From assembly GCA_965218295.1 (NCBI GenBank), contig CBDCKN010000013.1, positions 384,001 to 448,000 of the forward strand: 64,000 nt of DNA, given 5' to 3'. Positions within the stretch are counted from its first letter, which is position 1. The number at the start of each line of letters is the position of its first letter. The position numbers and the translations under genes are program-made. Below are positions 30,685-40,964 of this stretch, piece by piece. Source of the stretch: Longimicrobiales bacterium (GTDB lineage Bacteria > Gemmatimonadota > Gemmatimonadetes > Longimicrobiales > Gaopeijiaceae). The notes under the pieces were generated by a model, which saw only the letters and a list, made by a program, of their open reading frames with translations, searched no databases and was not told the origin of the DNA.

Positions 30685-31527
30685 TCATCGGATCGCCTCC
30701 AGATGCTCCCGGAGGGAGTCGCCCCACATGGGCATGGAGCGGCCCAATAGGGCCTCGGCCTTGGACGAGTCGAGCACAGAGTAGCGGGGCCGGTCCGCGG
30801 GCGCGCCCCAGGCCTCCGCGGTGGTGGCCTCCAGCTCTACGTCGAGGTTCGCGAGTACGGCGGCCCCCTTCGCAAGGTCCAGCCAGGTGGCCTTGCCTCG
30901 GTCGCAGAGGTGGTACGTTCCGATCGCGCCCCTCTCGGCCAGCTCCACCAACGCGGGGGCCAGACTGTCCGTCCAGGTCGGGCACCCCACCTGGTCGTTC
31001 ATGATCTTGAGGGGGCTGGAACGGTATCGAGCTCCGACGATCACGTCGATGAAGTCCTTTCCGTCGGGTCCGTACAGCCAACTTGTGCGCACGACGGTCC
31101 AGCGGGCATCGGTCGTCTCGAGCACATTCTCGCCGGCCAGCTTGCTCCGGCCGTACGCGTTGACGGGGTGCGTCTCGTCCTCGGGCCGGTAGGGCCGATC
31201 CGACCGGCCGTCGAAGACATAGTCCGTGCTCGGATAGACGAGACTCGCTCCGATCGCGGCGGCGGCGAGCGCCACGTTGCGGGTTCCGTCACGGTTGACC
31301 GCCATGGCTCGATCGGGCTCCTCCTCCGCGTCGTCCACCGCGGTGAAGCCGGCACAGTGCATCACGGCCTCGGGCGCCTCGTCCCGCAACCGGCTCTCCA
31401 CCCACTCGGAGTCGGTGACGTCGAGCGCCGCCCGGTCCAGGGCGCGTACGTCGTGTCCCCTTCCCGTGGCCGCTCGTACGATGGCGCTGCCGAGAAGTCC
31501 CCCAGCGCCGGTGACGAGGATCCTCAA
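30685..31527 (-). CDS. rmlD: dTDP-4-dehydrorhamnose reductase
   Basis: TGAGGLLG, TAVDDAE, STDYVFDG, YGRSKLAGE, DQVGCPT. Confidence 0.92.
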   Translation of the reverse strand: MRILVTGAGGLLGSAIVRAATGRGHDVRALDRAALDVTDSEWVESRLRDEAPEAVMHCAGFTAVDDAEEEPDRAMAVNRDGTRNVALAAAAIGASLVYPSTDYVFDGRSDRPYRPEDETHPVNAYGRSKLAGENVLETTDARWTVVRTSWLYGPDGKDFIDVIVGARYRSSPLKIMNDQVGCPTWTDSLAPALVELAERGAIGTYHLCDRGKATWLDLAKGAAVLANLDVELEATTAEAWGAPADRPRYSVLDSSKAEALLGRSMPMWGDSLREHLEAIR

Positions 31528-32657
31528 GTGTAGAACCGCCTGATCGCCTCAGCCACCGCCGTGACCCGCTGCTCACCGAGTTCGGGGAACACGGGCAGGC
31601 TGAGCACTTCCGCGCACAGCTTCTCGGAGACCGGCAGGTCCCCCTCCCGGTAGCCCAACTCCGAGAAGCACGCCTGCAGGTGTAGCGCGAGCGGGTAGTA
31701 GACGGCGCTTCCGATGCCCTTGTCGTCCAGGTAGTCTCGGAGTTCGTCCCGTCGGCGGGCCCGGATCGTGTACTGGTTGTAGACGTGGACGTTGCCAGGT
31801 GCGACGGCGGGGGTGATGACCTCTGCGATGTCCGTGAGCAGCTCGTCGTAGAGCGCCGCGTTCCTCCGGCGTGCGTCGGACCATGACTCCAGGTGGGGCA
31901 GCTTGGCCGAGAGCACCGCGGCCTGGAGGGTGTCCAGGCGGCTGTTCGTGCCCACCATTTCGTGGTGGTACATCTTGAGGCCGCCGTGGACCCGAAGCTT
32001 CTTGAGCTTGTCGGCCAGCTCCGGGTCGTTCGTCGAGACGAGGCCGCCGTCTCCGAAGCTCCCGAGGTTTTTGGTCGGGAAGAAGCTGAACGCTCCGGCG
32101 TCCCCGACGGCTCCGGCCTTGACCCCTCCCACAGACCCGGCGCTACCCGTACTGAGACACTGGGAGGCCCCAATAGCGTGCGCGGCGTCCTCCAAGACGA
32201 ATCCGCCTCGCTCACGGGCCACCGCCCCGATCTCCGCCATGGGGGCCATCTGGCCGAAGAGATGCACGGGAATCACGCCCCGGGTCCGATCCGTCCATGC
32301 CGCCGCCACCATCTCCGCGGTCACGTTTAAGGTGACGGGATCGACGTCGCAGAAGGCCGGCCGGTAGCCGGCGTTCCACACGGCGCCGGCGGTGGCGAAG
32401 AAGGTGAAGGCCGGAATGACGACCTCGTCTTCGGATTGCCTCCAGAACGCCCGTAGGGGCAGCAGAAGGGCATCCGTGCCGCTCGCGCATCCGACCGTGT
32501 ACCCCACCCCGATCATTTCGGCGAGGCTCGTCTCGAGCCGTTCTACGGGCTCACCCAGAATGAAGCGCTGCGAAAGCACGATCGCCCGGACGGCCTCGTC
32601 CAACTCTCCGCTTATCGACTCGTACTGAGCCGTCAGATCGAGCAGTGGAATCTCCAT
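31524..32657 (-). CDS. DegT/DnrJ/EryC1 sugar aminotransferase
   Basis: ASGTDAL, PVHLFGQ, SFFPTKNLGSFGDGG, NSRLDTLQAA. Confidence 0.9.
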   Translation of the reverse strand: MEIPLLDLTAQYESISGELDEAVRAIVLSQRFILGEPVERLETSLAEMIGVGYTVGCASGTDALLLPLRAFWRQSEDEVVIPAFTFFATAGAVWNAGYRPAFCDVDPVTLNVTAEMVAAAWTDRTRGVIPVHLFGQMAPMAEIGAVARERGGFVLEDAAHAIGASQCLSTGSAGSVGGVKAGAVGDAGAFSFFPTKNLGSFGDGGLVSTNDPELADKLKKLRVHGGLKMYHHEMVGTNSRLDTLQAAVLSAKLPHLESWSDARRRNAALYDELLTDIAEVITPAVAPGNVHVYNQYTIRARRRDELRDYLDDKGIGSAVYYPLALHLQACFSELGYREGDLPVSEKLCAEVLSLPVFPELGEQRVTAVAEAIRRFYT

Positions 32658-32701
32658 GATGTCCTTTAGCAGTACACCTCAATCCCGGAGAAGCGGGACT
32701 C

Positions 32702-33898
32702 TCATCGGCTCTCCCCCACCGCGACTCCGACCCGCCCAAGCGCTTCGGTGTACAGCCTCTCCATGTCTCCCGCCAGCCGTTCGATTGAATAGCACTCCAG
32801 CACCCGCTTCCTGGCCGTCTCCCGCGTCTCTCTTGACGGAGGGTCACGCAGCGCGGTTTCCAGTACGCCCGCAAGCTCGTCGGCGGACGCGCTCCACACC
32901 AGACGCCCCAGCCTGTCCCCCTCCAGCATTTCGGGCACGCCGCCCACCGCCCGCGATACTACGGGCGTGCCGCTCGCCAGGGACTCGAGCAGCGAGACTG
33001 GCGTGCCCTCGTCGAAGGACGTGAGAGCCGTCAGGTCGAACGCCGGATAGATCTCGGGCAGGTCCTGTCGCCATCCGAGCCAGTGGACGAGCCGATCAAG
33101 GCCCTTCTCGGCGGCATATCTCCTCAGGACCCCTTCCCTCTCCCCCGACCCCACCACCACAACATGTGGCGCCGGGTCCATACACTCCGCCAGTATCCCG
33201 ACCGCGTCGAAGAGCAGCTCGTGGTTCTTGACCGGCACCATGCGCCCCACGATGCCGATCACCGGACGGTCATCCTCGATGCTCAGTTGATCCCGTAACC
33301 GTCGGCGTGCCTCCCTCCGGTCCACGTCTGCGAAGGGCTGAAGGTCCAGCCCCAGCGGGATCACGGTGAAGCGCTCGGCGGGCGCCACGCCCAGATCCTC
33401 GGCCATCTCTCGGGCCTGTCGATGCGTGAGCACGATCAGCCGGTCCGTAGCCCGGGCGAGCTGTCGCTCGACTTCCAGGAAGAAGCGCGTCTTCAGCCGT
33501 GAAAAGTAGAGGCCGCCGAGCACGTGCCCGTGGAACGTGTGCACGATGATGGGCACGCCCGCAGCCAGGGCGGCCAGGCGGCCCACCGTGCCGGCCTTCG
33601 AAGTATGCGTGTGGACGATGCTCGGCCGCTCCCGGCGGAAGATCCTGAAGAGTGTGAGCAATGTCCGCAGATCCCTCCACGGCGAGAGGGGGCGCGACAT
33701 CCCGGCGATCTCGATCACGTCGACACCCCGATCGAGAGCGTAGTAGGTCATGTCGCCCTCATCCTCGGTAATACGGCCGGCGATGAGGCGCGTGCGGAAG
33801 CGCTCGGGGTCCAGTGCCTCGGCCAGGTGTACGACGTGCATGGCGGGCCCACCCGTGTTCAGGCGGGCGATGACGCGGTGGACGAGGATGGGGGTCAT
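32702..33898 (-). CDS. GT4 family glycosyltransferase
   Basis: IARLNTGGPA, HTHTSKAG, GRMVPVKN, EGTPVSLLES. Confidence 0.88.
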   Translation of the reverse strand: MTPILVHRVIARLNTGGPAMHVVHLAEALDPERFRTRLIAGRITEDEGDMTYYALDRGVDVIEIAGMSRPLSPWRDLRTLLTLFRIFRRERPSIVHTHTSKAGTVGRLAALAAGVPIIVHTFHGHVLGGLYFSRLKTRFFLEVERQLARATDRLIVLTHRQAREMAEDLGVAPAERFTVIPLGLDLQPFADVDRREARRRLRDQLSIEDDRPVIGIVGRMVPVKNHELLFDAVGILAECMDPAPHVVVVGSGEREGVLRRYAAEKGLDRLVHWLGWRQDLPEIYPAFDLTALTSFDEGTPVSLLESLASGTPVVSRAVGGVPEMLEGDRLGRLVWSASADELAGVLETALRDPPSRETRETARKRVLECYSIERLAGDMERLYTEALGRVGVAVGESR

Positions 33899-33923
33899 GG
33901 GACGGGCGGGCGTGCCCCGGCCC

Positions 33924-35255
33924 TCAGCCAGCTCCACCCTTCACGATCCACGCACCTGCCCGTGTGCCATGCTCGTTCAGGAGAGGCGCCGTCACGTGGC
34001 GGGCGTCCACCACGACACCGGCCAGCTCGAGCACGCGCCCGTAGTCCACCTCCGAGTGATCCGTGACGATGACGACCGCGTCGGCCTCGGAAAGGGCCTC
34101 GTCCGTCAGCGCTACCGAGGACAGGGAGGTTCCGTCCTCAGCCACTTCCGGCACGAAGGGGTCGTGGTACTCCACCTGTGCACCGTCGGCCGCAAGGAGC
34201 CGGATGATGTCCAGGGCCGGTGACTCCCGGACGTCATTGACGTCCCTCTTGTACGCCACCCCCAGAACGAGGATGCGGGCGCCGTTCACGGCCCTCCTGC
34301 TGGCGTTCAGAGCCGCCCGTACCTTCCCCACGACGAACTGCGGCATCTCCGCGTTTATCTCCGAAGCCAGCTCGATGAAGCGGGTACGGTAGTCCAACGT
34401 CCGCATCTTCCAGGCGAGGTAGTGGGGATCCACCGGAATGCAGTGCCCTCCCAGACCCGGTCCCGGCGTGAACTTCATGAAGCCGAAGGGCTTGGTGGCG
34501 GCCGCTTCGATGACCTCCCAGACGTCCACCTTCAGGCGGTCGGCGATGAGGGCGATCTCGTTCACCATGGCGATGTTCACCGCCCGGAACGTGTTCTCCA
34601 GGATCTTGACCATCTCCGCTGCCTCGGTGGACGAGACCTCCACCATCGTGTCGATGAACCGCTCGTAGACGCCCAATCCAGCTTCCGCGCAGGTAGGAGT
34701 GATGCCCCCGAGCACCTTGGGCGTGTTCTTCGTCTTCCACACGGCGTTCCCAGGGTCGACGCGCTCGGGAGAGAAGCACAAGAAGAAGTCCTTCCCGACA
34801 TGCAGGCCCGTGCGCTCCAGGGTCGGCAGAAGGACCTCCCTGGTGGTGCCTGGATAGGTGGTCGACTCGAGGACCACGAGCTGACCGGGACGCAGCGCTG
34901 CGGCCACGGCCTCGGACGCGGCGATCACGTGGGAGACGTCGGGGTCCTGGGTCTTGGAGAGCGGCGTGGGGACGGAGATCGAGATCGCGTCGCACTCGGC
35001 GAGCCGCACCATGTCCGTGGTGGCGTCGAGGCGGCCGGTGTCGAGTGCCTCCGCCAGCTCCGCGTCGGTGACGTCCTCGATGTGGCTCCGGCCCGCGTTC
35101 ACGCCCTGCACAACCACCGGTTCGATGTCGAACCCTACCGCTCGGAGTCCCGAGCGGGCGATCTCCACAGAGAGGGGCAGGCCCACGTAGCCCAGTCCGA
35201 TGACCCCAACGGTGAGGTCGCCGGTGCGCAGGTGCTCGATGGGCGAATCGGTCAT
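33924..35255 (-). CDS. UDP-N-acetylhexosamine 6-dehydrogenase (WbpA/WbpO-like)
   Basis: GLGYVGLP, ESTTYPGTT, FSPERVDPG, ENTFRAVNI, GGHCIPVDP. Confidence 0.9.
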   Translation of the reverse strand: MTDSPIEHLRTGDLTVGVIGLGYVGLPLSVEIARSGLRAVGFDIEPVVVQGVNAGRSHIEDVTDAELAEALDTGRLDATTDMVRLAECDAISISVPTPLSKTQDPDVSHVIAASEAVAAALRPGQLVVLESTTYPGTTREVLLPTLERTGLHVGKDFFLCFSPERVDPGNAVWKTKNTPKVLGGITPTCAEAGLGVYERFIDTMVEVSSTEAAEMVKILENTFRAVNIAMVNEIALIADRLKVDVWEVIEAAATKPFGFMKFTPGPGLGGHCIPVDPHYLAWKMRTLDYRTRFIELASEINAEMPQFVVGKVRAALNASRRAVNGARILVLGVAYKRDVNDVRESPALDIIRLLAADGAQVEYHDPFVPEVAEDGTSLSSVALTDEALSEADAVVIVTDHSEVDYGRVLELAGVVVDARHVTAPLLNEHGTRAGAWIVKGGAG

Positions 35256-35482
35256 GAGTCGGTGAGACACGGATGATGGGTGGATCGGTGGCCGGAGCGG
35301 CCGCACCGAATATGACGGCTGAAAAGAGGCGCTACAAGGCGGAACCGACCGCTCGAGCGTCGAATGACGTCGGGGAGTCCGCATCATGCTGCTTGAATTT
35401 GAGGGCGATGTCTCCGACGTTCGCCTACGGAGAGACAGCCTCGACGGGGCCCCCAACGCACTCTGGAGGCACACCGAGCCCT

Positions 35483-36090
35483 ATGGTTCCATACGATCGC
35501 CCGCCCACCGGCATCATCCAGGGTGAGGATGGCAGCATTTCGTGCTTCCTGGAAGCGGGGGCTGATGGAAACATCGACTGGGGGACGGTAGCCAGCTTCG
35601 GCGACGAGTGGGGCAAATTCCGACGTTTTGACGAGCCGGAGCTCCGCGTCCCAGGCGATCAGTACTTCGATGTGGTCGAGGACGGCATGGTCACCCCGGA
35701 CAGCCTGGTCCTCGACGTCGGATGCGGAAGCGGGCGCTGGACGAAGTTTCTGGCCCCCCGTGCTGGCTTCATCGAGGCTGTCGATCCCAGTGATGCCGTC
35801 CTCACGGCGCAACGCTTCCTCGGCGATTTCGACAACGTTCGACTCACTCAGGCCGGAGTGGACGAGCTCCCCTTTGCGGACGACAGCTTCGACTTCGTAT
35901 TCAGCCTGGGGGTGCTTCATCACGTTCCCGATACCGCACAGGCCATGCGACGCTGCGTCGCGAAGCTCAAACCGGGTGGGCACTTTCTGGTGTACCTATA
36001 ACGACCTCGACAACCGAGGCCCCCTCTACCGCGCCGTGTTCGTCATGAGCACGTTGATTCGTCGCATCGTGGCCGGCCTCCCGAAGCGCC
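35483..36090 (+). pseudogene. class I SAM methyltransferase, frameshifted (~36000) and 3'-truncated
   Basis: VLDVGCGSGRW, SFDFVFSLGVLHH, LKPGG; runs into the opposing gene. Confidence 0.75.
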
Positions 36091-37409
36091 CCAGATCTCG
36101 TCTTCCACCATCCCGTCTGCACGATCACGCGCTCCTTCAACCAAGACAGCCCGACTCCGGTGAAGACGAAGAAGAGAGGCATGATCTGAGCCCGATGCCG
36201 ATACGCCGTACCGAAATTCCCCTCCACAAGCCCGTAACTCGAGACCACGATCACGAGTACGGAGAGCACGATCAAAACGTTCGTGACGCGGCCTCGCAGC
36301 GAGATCCTCCACCCCTGAAGAGCGAGAAGGAAGAGCGGATACCAGAGCAGGGTCTCGGGCATGGCGGTCAGCTGAAGCGAAGTCTCGATGGCCCATGGGA
36401 ATGGAGCGAAGAGAAGGTAGGAGACCCCCAGGGGAAGATACCTCAGCGCGCCTCCGATGGTCTCGGTCTCGGCGCCCACACCGAAGGCGGAGGTCGCTTG
36501 CGCCTGGAGGCCCAGACGGAGGACCTGAGCCGTTTCCAGAGCGGACTCCGGCCGGAGCGTGGAGAACAGCCCCACCTGGTCGGCGAAGTAGGTGAAGGCC
36601 AGCGCCACCACGGTGCCGAAGGCCATGGTGCCGAATACCCGGTCAGGGCGTAGCGCCGCGAAGCTGCCGATGGCAAGCCCCGCGACCACCAGGAAGGCCA
36701 TGTAGTCCCTCAACAGGCCGAGACCGACCAGCGCGGCTGCGAAGATGCAGACGTGTGAGATGCGGAATCTCCTCGACAAGCGCGCACCATAGAGGACCAG
36801 CAGGACGATAAAGAACGTGGCCAGTGCGTCGCGGATGTTCAGGATCGACCAGAGGACCAGGGACGGGAAGAAGCTGGTGAGCAGGGCGGCCATTTTGGCG
36901 GCTCTGACAGACAGGAATTCCCTGGTCAAGTGGAAGGTCAGGAGCGCCGTCCACACTCCAGCGAACATGTTGAGGACCACGAGCGCAATGCGTGATTCGC
37001 CGAAGATGAAGTAGAACACAGCATTGAGATGATAGTATCCGGGACGCCAGCCTTCTCGAATGGCCCGTGGCGCGAGCCCTACACCCGACCAGTAGTCACT
37101 GATCTCCTTCCCGACCCGCTCATACCCGATGGCATCGGGCGCGAAGAAATACGGAGTGAGCTGGAAGTGAATCACGAGCGCGAGAAGTACGCGCAGCCCC
37201 AGGGTCGCGAAGACCAGTCGCGTCAGCCACCGTCTTACTCCGACATCTTGCTCTCGGGATAGACCCGCGACGGTGAGACCGAGAAGAACGATGAACTCGA
37301 TGGAAAACGGGAGGGCCACCCCGGGGTTCTCAATGACCGCCAGGCCCAGTAGCGCAGACGCCACCGCAACCGTGAGGATGGCGATGGCGCCGGCGTTGGA
37401 AGACCTCAC
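35967..37409 (-). CDS. multi-pass membrane protein, Wzy/GT-C-like
   Basis: Many hydrophobic segments; PDAIGY, FPSLVLWS..IRD, NFGTAYRHRAQ; polysaccharide locus context. Confidence 0.6.
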   Translation of the reverse strand: MRSSNAGAIAILTVAVASALLGLAVIENPGVALPFSIEFIVLLGLTVAGLSREQDVGVRRWLTRLVFATLGLRVLLALVIHFQLTPYFFAPDAIGYERVGKEISDYWSGVGLAPRAIREGWRPGYYHLNAVFYFIFGESRIALVVLNMFAGVWTALLTFHLTREFLSVRAAKMAALLTSFFPSLVLWSILNIRDALATFFIVLLVLYGARLSRRFRISHVCIFAAALVGLGLLRDYMAFLVVAGLAIGSFAALRPDRVFGTMAFGTVVALAFTYFADQVGLFSTLRPESALETAQVLRLGLQAQATSAFGVGAETETIGGALRYLPLGVSYLLFAPFPWAIETSLQLTAMPETLLWYPLFLLALQGWRISLRGRVTNVLIVLSVLVIVVSSYGLVEGNFGTAYRHRAQIMPLFFVFTGVGLSWLKERVIVQTGWWKTRSGALREAGHDATNQRAHDEHGAVEGASVVEVVIGTPESAHPV

Positions 37410-38835
37410 GCGTGCTCGGTCCCGGACACTCGGAGGGTGAGCTCGGACTCGTCACCTCCCTGCCACATTTCCCCCGCCTTCCACCATCGACCCTGAGCCC
37501 ACTCGGGCATCCCGGCCAACCCCACCATACCCAGCAACGCCCAGACGTGTCTGAAGTCCTCGCTGGCGACGGCGATGCCGTGGACGGCGACGGCAAAGAG
37601 CGCAAGCAGGAGAGCCGCGTTACGCCGCGTGGTACCGTCGCGGATCAACGCCCGTACCAGAATCACCACCGCACCGGTGATCAGTGCGAACCCCACCAGG
37701 CCGTATTGACCGAGGAGACTCAGATAGAGGTTATGGGCGTCCCAGGGCGAGAGCGTGCTCGAGCCGCTGAGGGGGTCCATGGCTTCTGCCAGATAGGGGC
37801 TCGCGCCCACTCCTGCCAAAGGCGACTCCAGGACCGCCTGCCACGCAGAGGCCCAGATGCCCCATCGGATCCCGCTGGCCGAGATGGACAGGCCACCGAG
37901 GTTGAAGCCCATGGGAAGGAGCAGCCCCATCAACGTCGTTGTGAAGATCGTCACGCCAGCCACCAGGAGAATCACCGGACCGGGCCGCTTCCGATCGAGT
38001 GAGACCCGGCCATGGCGCTGGCGCATCGTGAGGAGCCCGATGACCGCCAGCAGAACCCCCGCTCCGATCCACACCGACGAGACCGTCAGGAAGAGGGTCA
38101 TGCCCAAAACCCATGCACCTACCGTGGCCCAGACACCGAAGTCCTGGCTGAGGGGACGCCAGCGGGCCCAGAGAAGCGCTCCGGACACCACCAGGTAGTC
38201 GCCGAACATGGTAGGGTGAAGGAACGGTCCTGACAGCCGGGGTGCTGGCAATCCACGGATCGAGCCGCCTCGGAAGAGCACTTGCTCATGGAGGGGATCG
38301 GGTCCGACGCGAAGACCCACGTGACGACAAGAGAGATCGCCGTGCCGAGGAGCCACGCGTCAGCCGCCTTGCCCCACTCCGCCCCGCACCAGATGATGGC
38401 CAAGGCGCCCAGTCCGAGGGCTGCGTACGCTACGCCCTTGGTAAGGGCGTAGCCCGTGTGAACGCCCCACGCACCCCCCAAGGCGCCCCACACGCTGAAT
38501 GCCATGAAGAACAGTGCTGCGACGTGGAACGCCCTATGCACAGGGAGAAGGGGCACGCCCTCTCTCCTGCGGCTCAGGTAGTGCGGGATCATCCGGCCGA
38601 GGTCGGCGATGCCGGCCAAAATGACGATGGCAAGGAAGACATCGCTCAGCGTGGCCATGGCGCCGTTCACCGGCATCACGAAGAGGTGGCCGATGGGCAA
38701 GACAACAAGATAGCCGAAGACGGCGTAGCGCAGGATCAGCGGATCCAGAATGGGCTCTGATGGCTCCGGTAGGTCCGGCCCGGACTCCGCGGCCAGCCCG
38801 GCACCCGCGTCCAAGCCAGGAGCTTCATCGCTCAC
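37406..38835 (-). pseudogene. O-antigen ligase/polymerase-like membrane protein, frameshift near 38310
   Basis: RLSGPFLHPT, IRWGIW, PLAGVG, AHNLYL..LGQYGLVG; N-half lies in another frame. Confidence 0.72.
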
Positions 38836-39638
38836 GAGAGTTCTCCCGTACAGTGCCTTACCACAGCCCGCACCAACCCCGCAACCGTGAACTCCTCGGC
38901 CTCGACCACAACGTCGTAGCCGAGCTCCCGAGCGGCCGATGCCGTCACCGGGCCTATGACGGCGGCCCGAGCGATCGGCGGCCCTTCGACAAGCCGATGA
39001 AAGCCCCGGACGGACGAAGGTGATGTGAAGGTAATCAGGTCCACCCCCTTCTCGAGCTGGGCGAGTAAGTGGGGTGGAGCGTCGTCGACTGCCACCGTCC
39101 GGTGTGTCGTGACGACGTCTACCACTGCACCCCGTCCCCGAAGCCCTGTCGGTAAAACGTCTCTGGCCCCGGCGGCCACCGGAAGGAGCACGCACCGGCC
39201 GTCCAGGGGGCCGGCTGCCGCCAAGGCATCCAAGACTCCCTCGGCCACATGGGTCTCGGGTACCAGGTCAACAGAGAGACCGATGGCCTCCGCGGCCCGC
39301 GCGGTCGCGGGTCCAATGCAGCAGACGGACACCTCGCGCACACATTCACGTATGTCGAGATCAGCCTCGTCGGCCGCCGCTCGGAAAGCGAGCACGCCGT
39401 TGGTGGACGTGAAGATCACCCAATCGTGGTCGGCTTCGCCCCGTACCACCCTCTCCAACGGCTCTGGATCCGCGGGGGGTTCGATCCGGATGGTGGGTAT
39501 CCGTATGACGCGGGCCCCAAGACTCTCCAGCGCTTCAGCCAGCTCCTCGGCTTGCGCCTTCGGCCTGGTAACAACCACGGTCCGGTCGGCCAAGGGGGGG
39601 ACACCAACCGACACTCCAAATGTTTCGGCAGGGTTCAT
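38832..39638 (-). CDS. hemD: uroporphyrinogen-III synthase
   Basis: VVVTRP, WVIFTSTNGV, IGPATA, ITFTSPSSV, IGPVTA. Confidence 0.9.
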   Translation of the reverse strand: MNPAETFGVSVGVPPLADRTVVVTRPKAQAEELAEALESLGARVIRIPTIRIEPPADPEPLERVVRGEADHDWVIFTSTNGVLAFRAAADEADLDIRECVREVSVCCIGPATARAAEAIGLSVDLVPETHVAEGVLDALAAAGPLDGRCVLLPVAAGARDVLPTGLRGRGAVVDVVTTHRTVAVDDAPPHLLAQLEKGVDLITFTSPSSVRGFHRLVEGPPIARAAVIGPVTASAARELGYDVVVEAEEFTVAGLVRAVVRHCTGELS

Positions 39639-39751
39639 GTGCCCTAATATATCCCCCCGGCTCAGTCGAGGGCGAAGTCACGTTTGCCAGGGGAAGTCTT
39701 CGTGATGGGACGCCATGCGAGCCTATTCGTGTGGCTCGAGGGCGAGGCGGT

Positions 39752-39967
39752 CTAGACTTCGGCCACCTTGACCGGAGGTGCCTTGGTGACTCTCCCGCCT
39801 TTGATGCAGGTCGTGCAGACCCGCACGCGACGCCGGTCGCCCTCCGGGGTCACGATCTTGACGGTCTGCAGGTTGGGAAGCCAACGCCGCTTCGTCTTGT
39901 TGTGGGCGTGACTCACGTTGTTCCCTGTCGCGGGTCGCTTGCCGCACATGTAACACACTCGAGCCAT
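39752..39967 (-). CDS. rpmB: 50S ribosomal protein L28
   Basis: [30 protein letters not shown]. Confidence 0.96.
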   Translation of the reverse strand: MARVCYMCGKRPATGNNVSHAHNKTKRRWLPNLQTVKIVTPEGDRRRVRVCTTCIKGGRVTKAPPVKVAEV

Positions 39968-39992
39968 TCTTTATACCCTCGGGCTCAGCCCG

Positions 39993-40547
39993 TCAGTTAT
40001 CTCTACTGCCGTCGTCACCGCCGCCGCCGGCCATGACGACGACGTCCACCACTTCCAGGAACGACTGCGCGAAGGTCGCCAGAATCTTGTCGTCTTCCGT
40101 GATGGCACCGGTAGCTACCCAGTCGTCCGCCACGCTATCGCTCATGGCGTAGACCCTTCCGACCACCGAAACCCGCGAGCCGCTCGGGACCGATACGGCG
40201 TCCGCCACGACCAGCGCTCCCATCTTGATGAGGTACGGACCCGGCTGGTTGGGCATCTCCACGAAGAAGGCCTGGGAGCCCACTGCGCTCTGCACCGACA
40301 GGTTGTTTATGCGAAAGAAGCCGTTGCTGTGCGCCATGGGGTCGGACCCGAACACGGCCGCCTCCACCACGGGAGCCGAGCCGAGCCCCTCCGAGTCGCC
40401 GAAGGTGTCCTCGACCACCGCGACTTCTATGTTCGCCGCCTTCATGTTCAGCCACGCCAGAAAGCCGCCCACGATGACGAAGGCCAACATCATCAGAACG
40501 AGAGATCCTCTGTCAGAGGCGCCTTTGGGGGACCCCAACGATGTCAT
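39993..40547 (-). CDS. hypothetical single-pass membrane protein
   Basis: One N-terminal TM helix (LVLMMLAFVIVGGFLAWL); co-oriented between rplQ and rpmB. Confidence 0.65.
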   Translation of the reverse strand: MTSLGSPKGASDRGSLVLMMLAFVIVGGFLAWLNMKAANIEVAVVEDTFGDSEGLGSAPVVEAAVFGSDPMAHSNGFFRINNLSVQSAVGSQAFFVEMPNQPGPYLIKMGALVVADAVSVPSGSRVSVVGRVYAMSDSVADDWVATGAITEDDKILATFAQSFLEVVDVVVMAGGGGDDGSRDN

Positions 40548-40602
40548 TTCGTGCTGTACTCCCAACTCTTGGTCAGTACGAGACCTTCGAGGTCCCGCCA
40601 GT

Positions 40603-40956
40603 CTACTCGACCAACTCGATCAGCGCCATCTCTGCGGCGTCCCCACGACGATTCCCCAACTTGAGGATGCGGGTGTATCCGCCCGGCCGTTCGGTGAACC
40701 GCAGGCCGATGTCGTCGAAGAGCTTGCCGAGGACCGCACGGTCCGCGATCTGGCGACCCGCCAGACGGCGGGCGTGCAGGTCACCCCTCTTGCCCAGAGT
40801 GATGAGCCGCTCGGCGAAGGGACGGAGCTCCTTGGCCTTGGCCGTCGTCGTCTCGATCCGCTCGTGCTGGAAGAGGGACGTGGCCATGTTGCGGAGCGTC
40901 GCCTTCCTGTGACTCGCGCTTCGGGAGAGGGCCCGGCCCTTCTTTCGATGCCTCAT
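40603..40956 (-). CDS. rplQ: 50S ribosomal protein L17
   Basis: [26 protein letters not shown]. Confidence 0.97.
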   Translation of the reverse strand: MRHRKKGRALSRSASHRKATLRNMATSLFQHERIETTTAKAKELRPFAERLITLGKRGDLHARRLAGRQIADRAVLGKLFDDIGLRFTERPGGYTRILKLGNRRGDAAEMALIELVE

Positions 40957-40964
40957 GATGAGCC

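Noticed and set aside
33924..35474. Extended N-termini of WbpA-like protein (also ugd, rpoA, secY, rpsD) in the ORF track
   Set aside because: Longest-ORF artefacts; family-typical starts lie downstream
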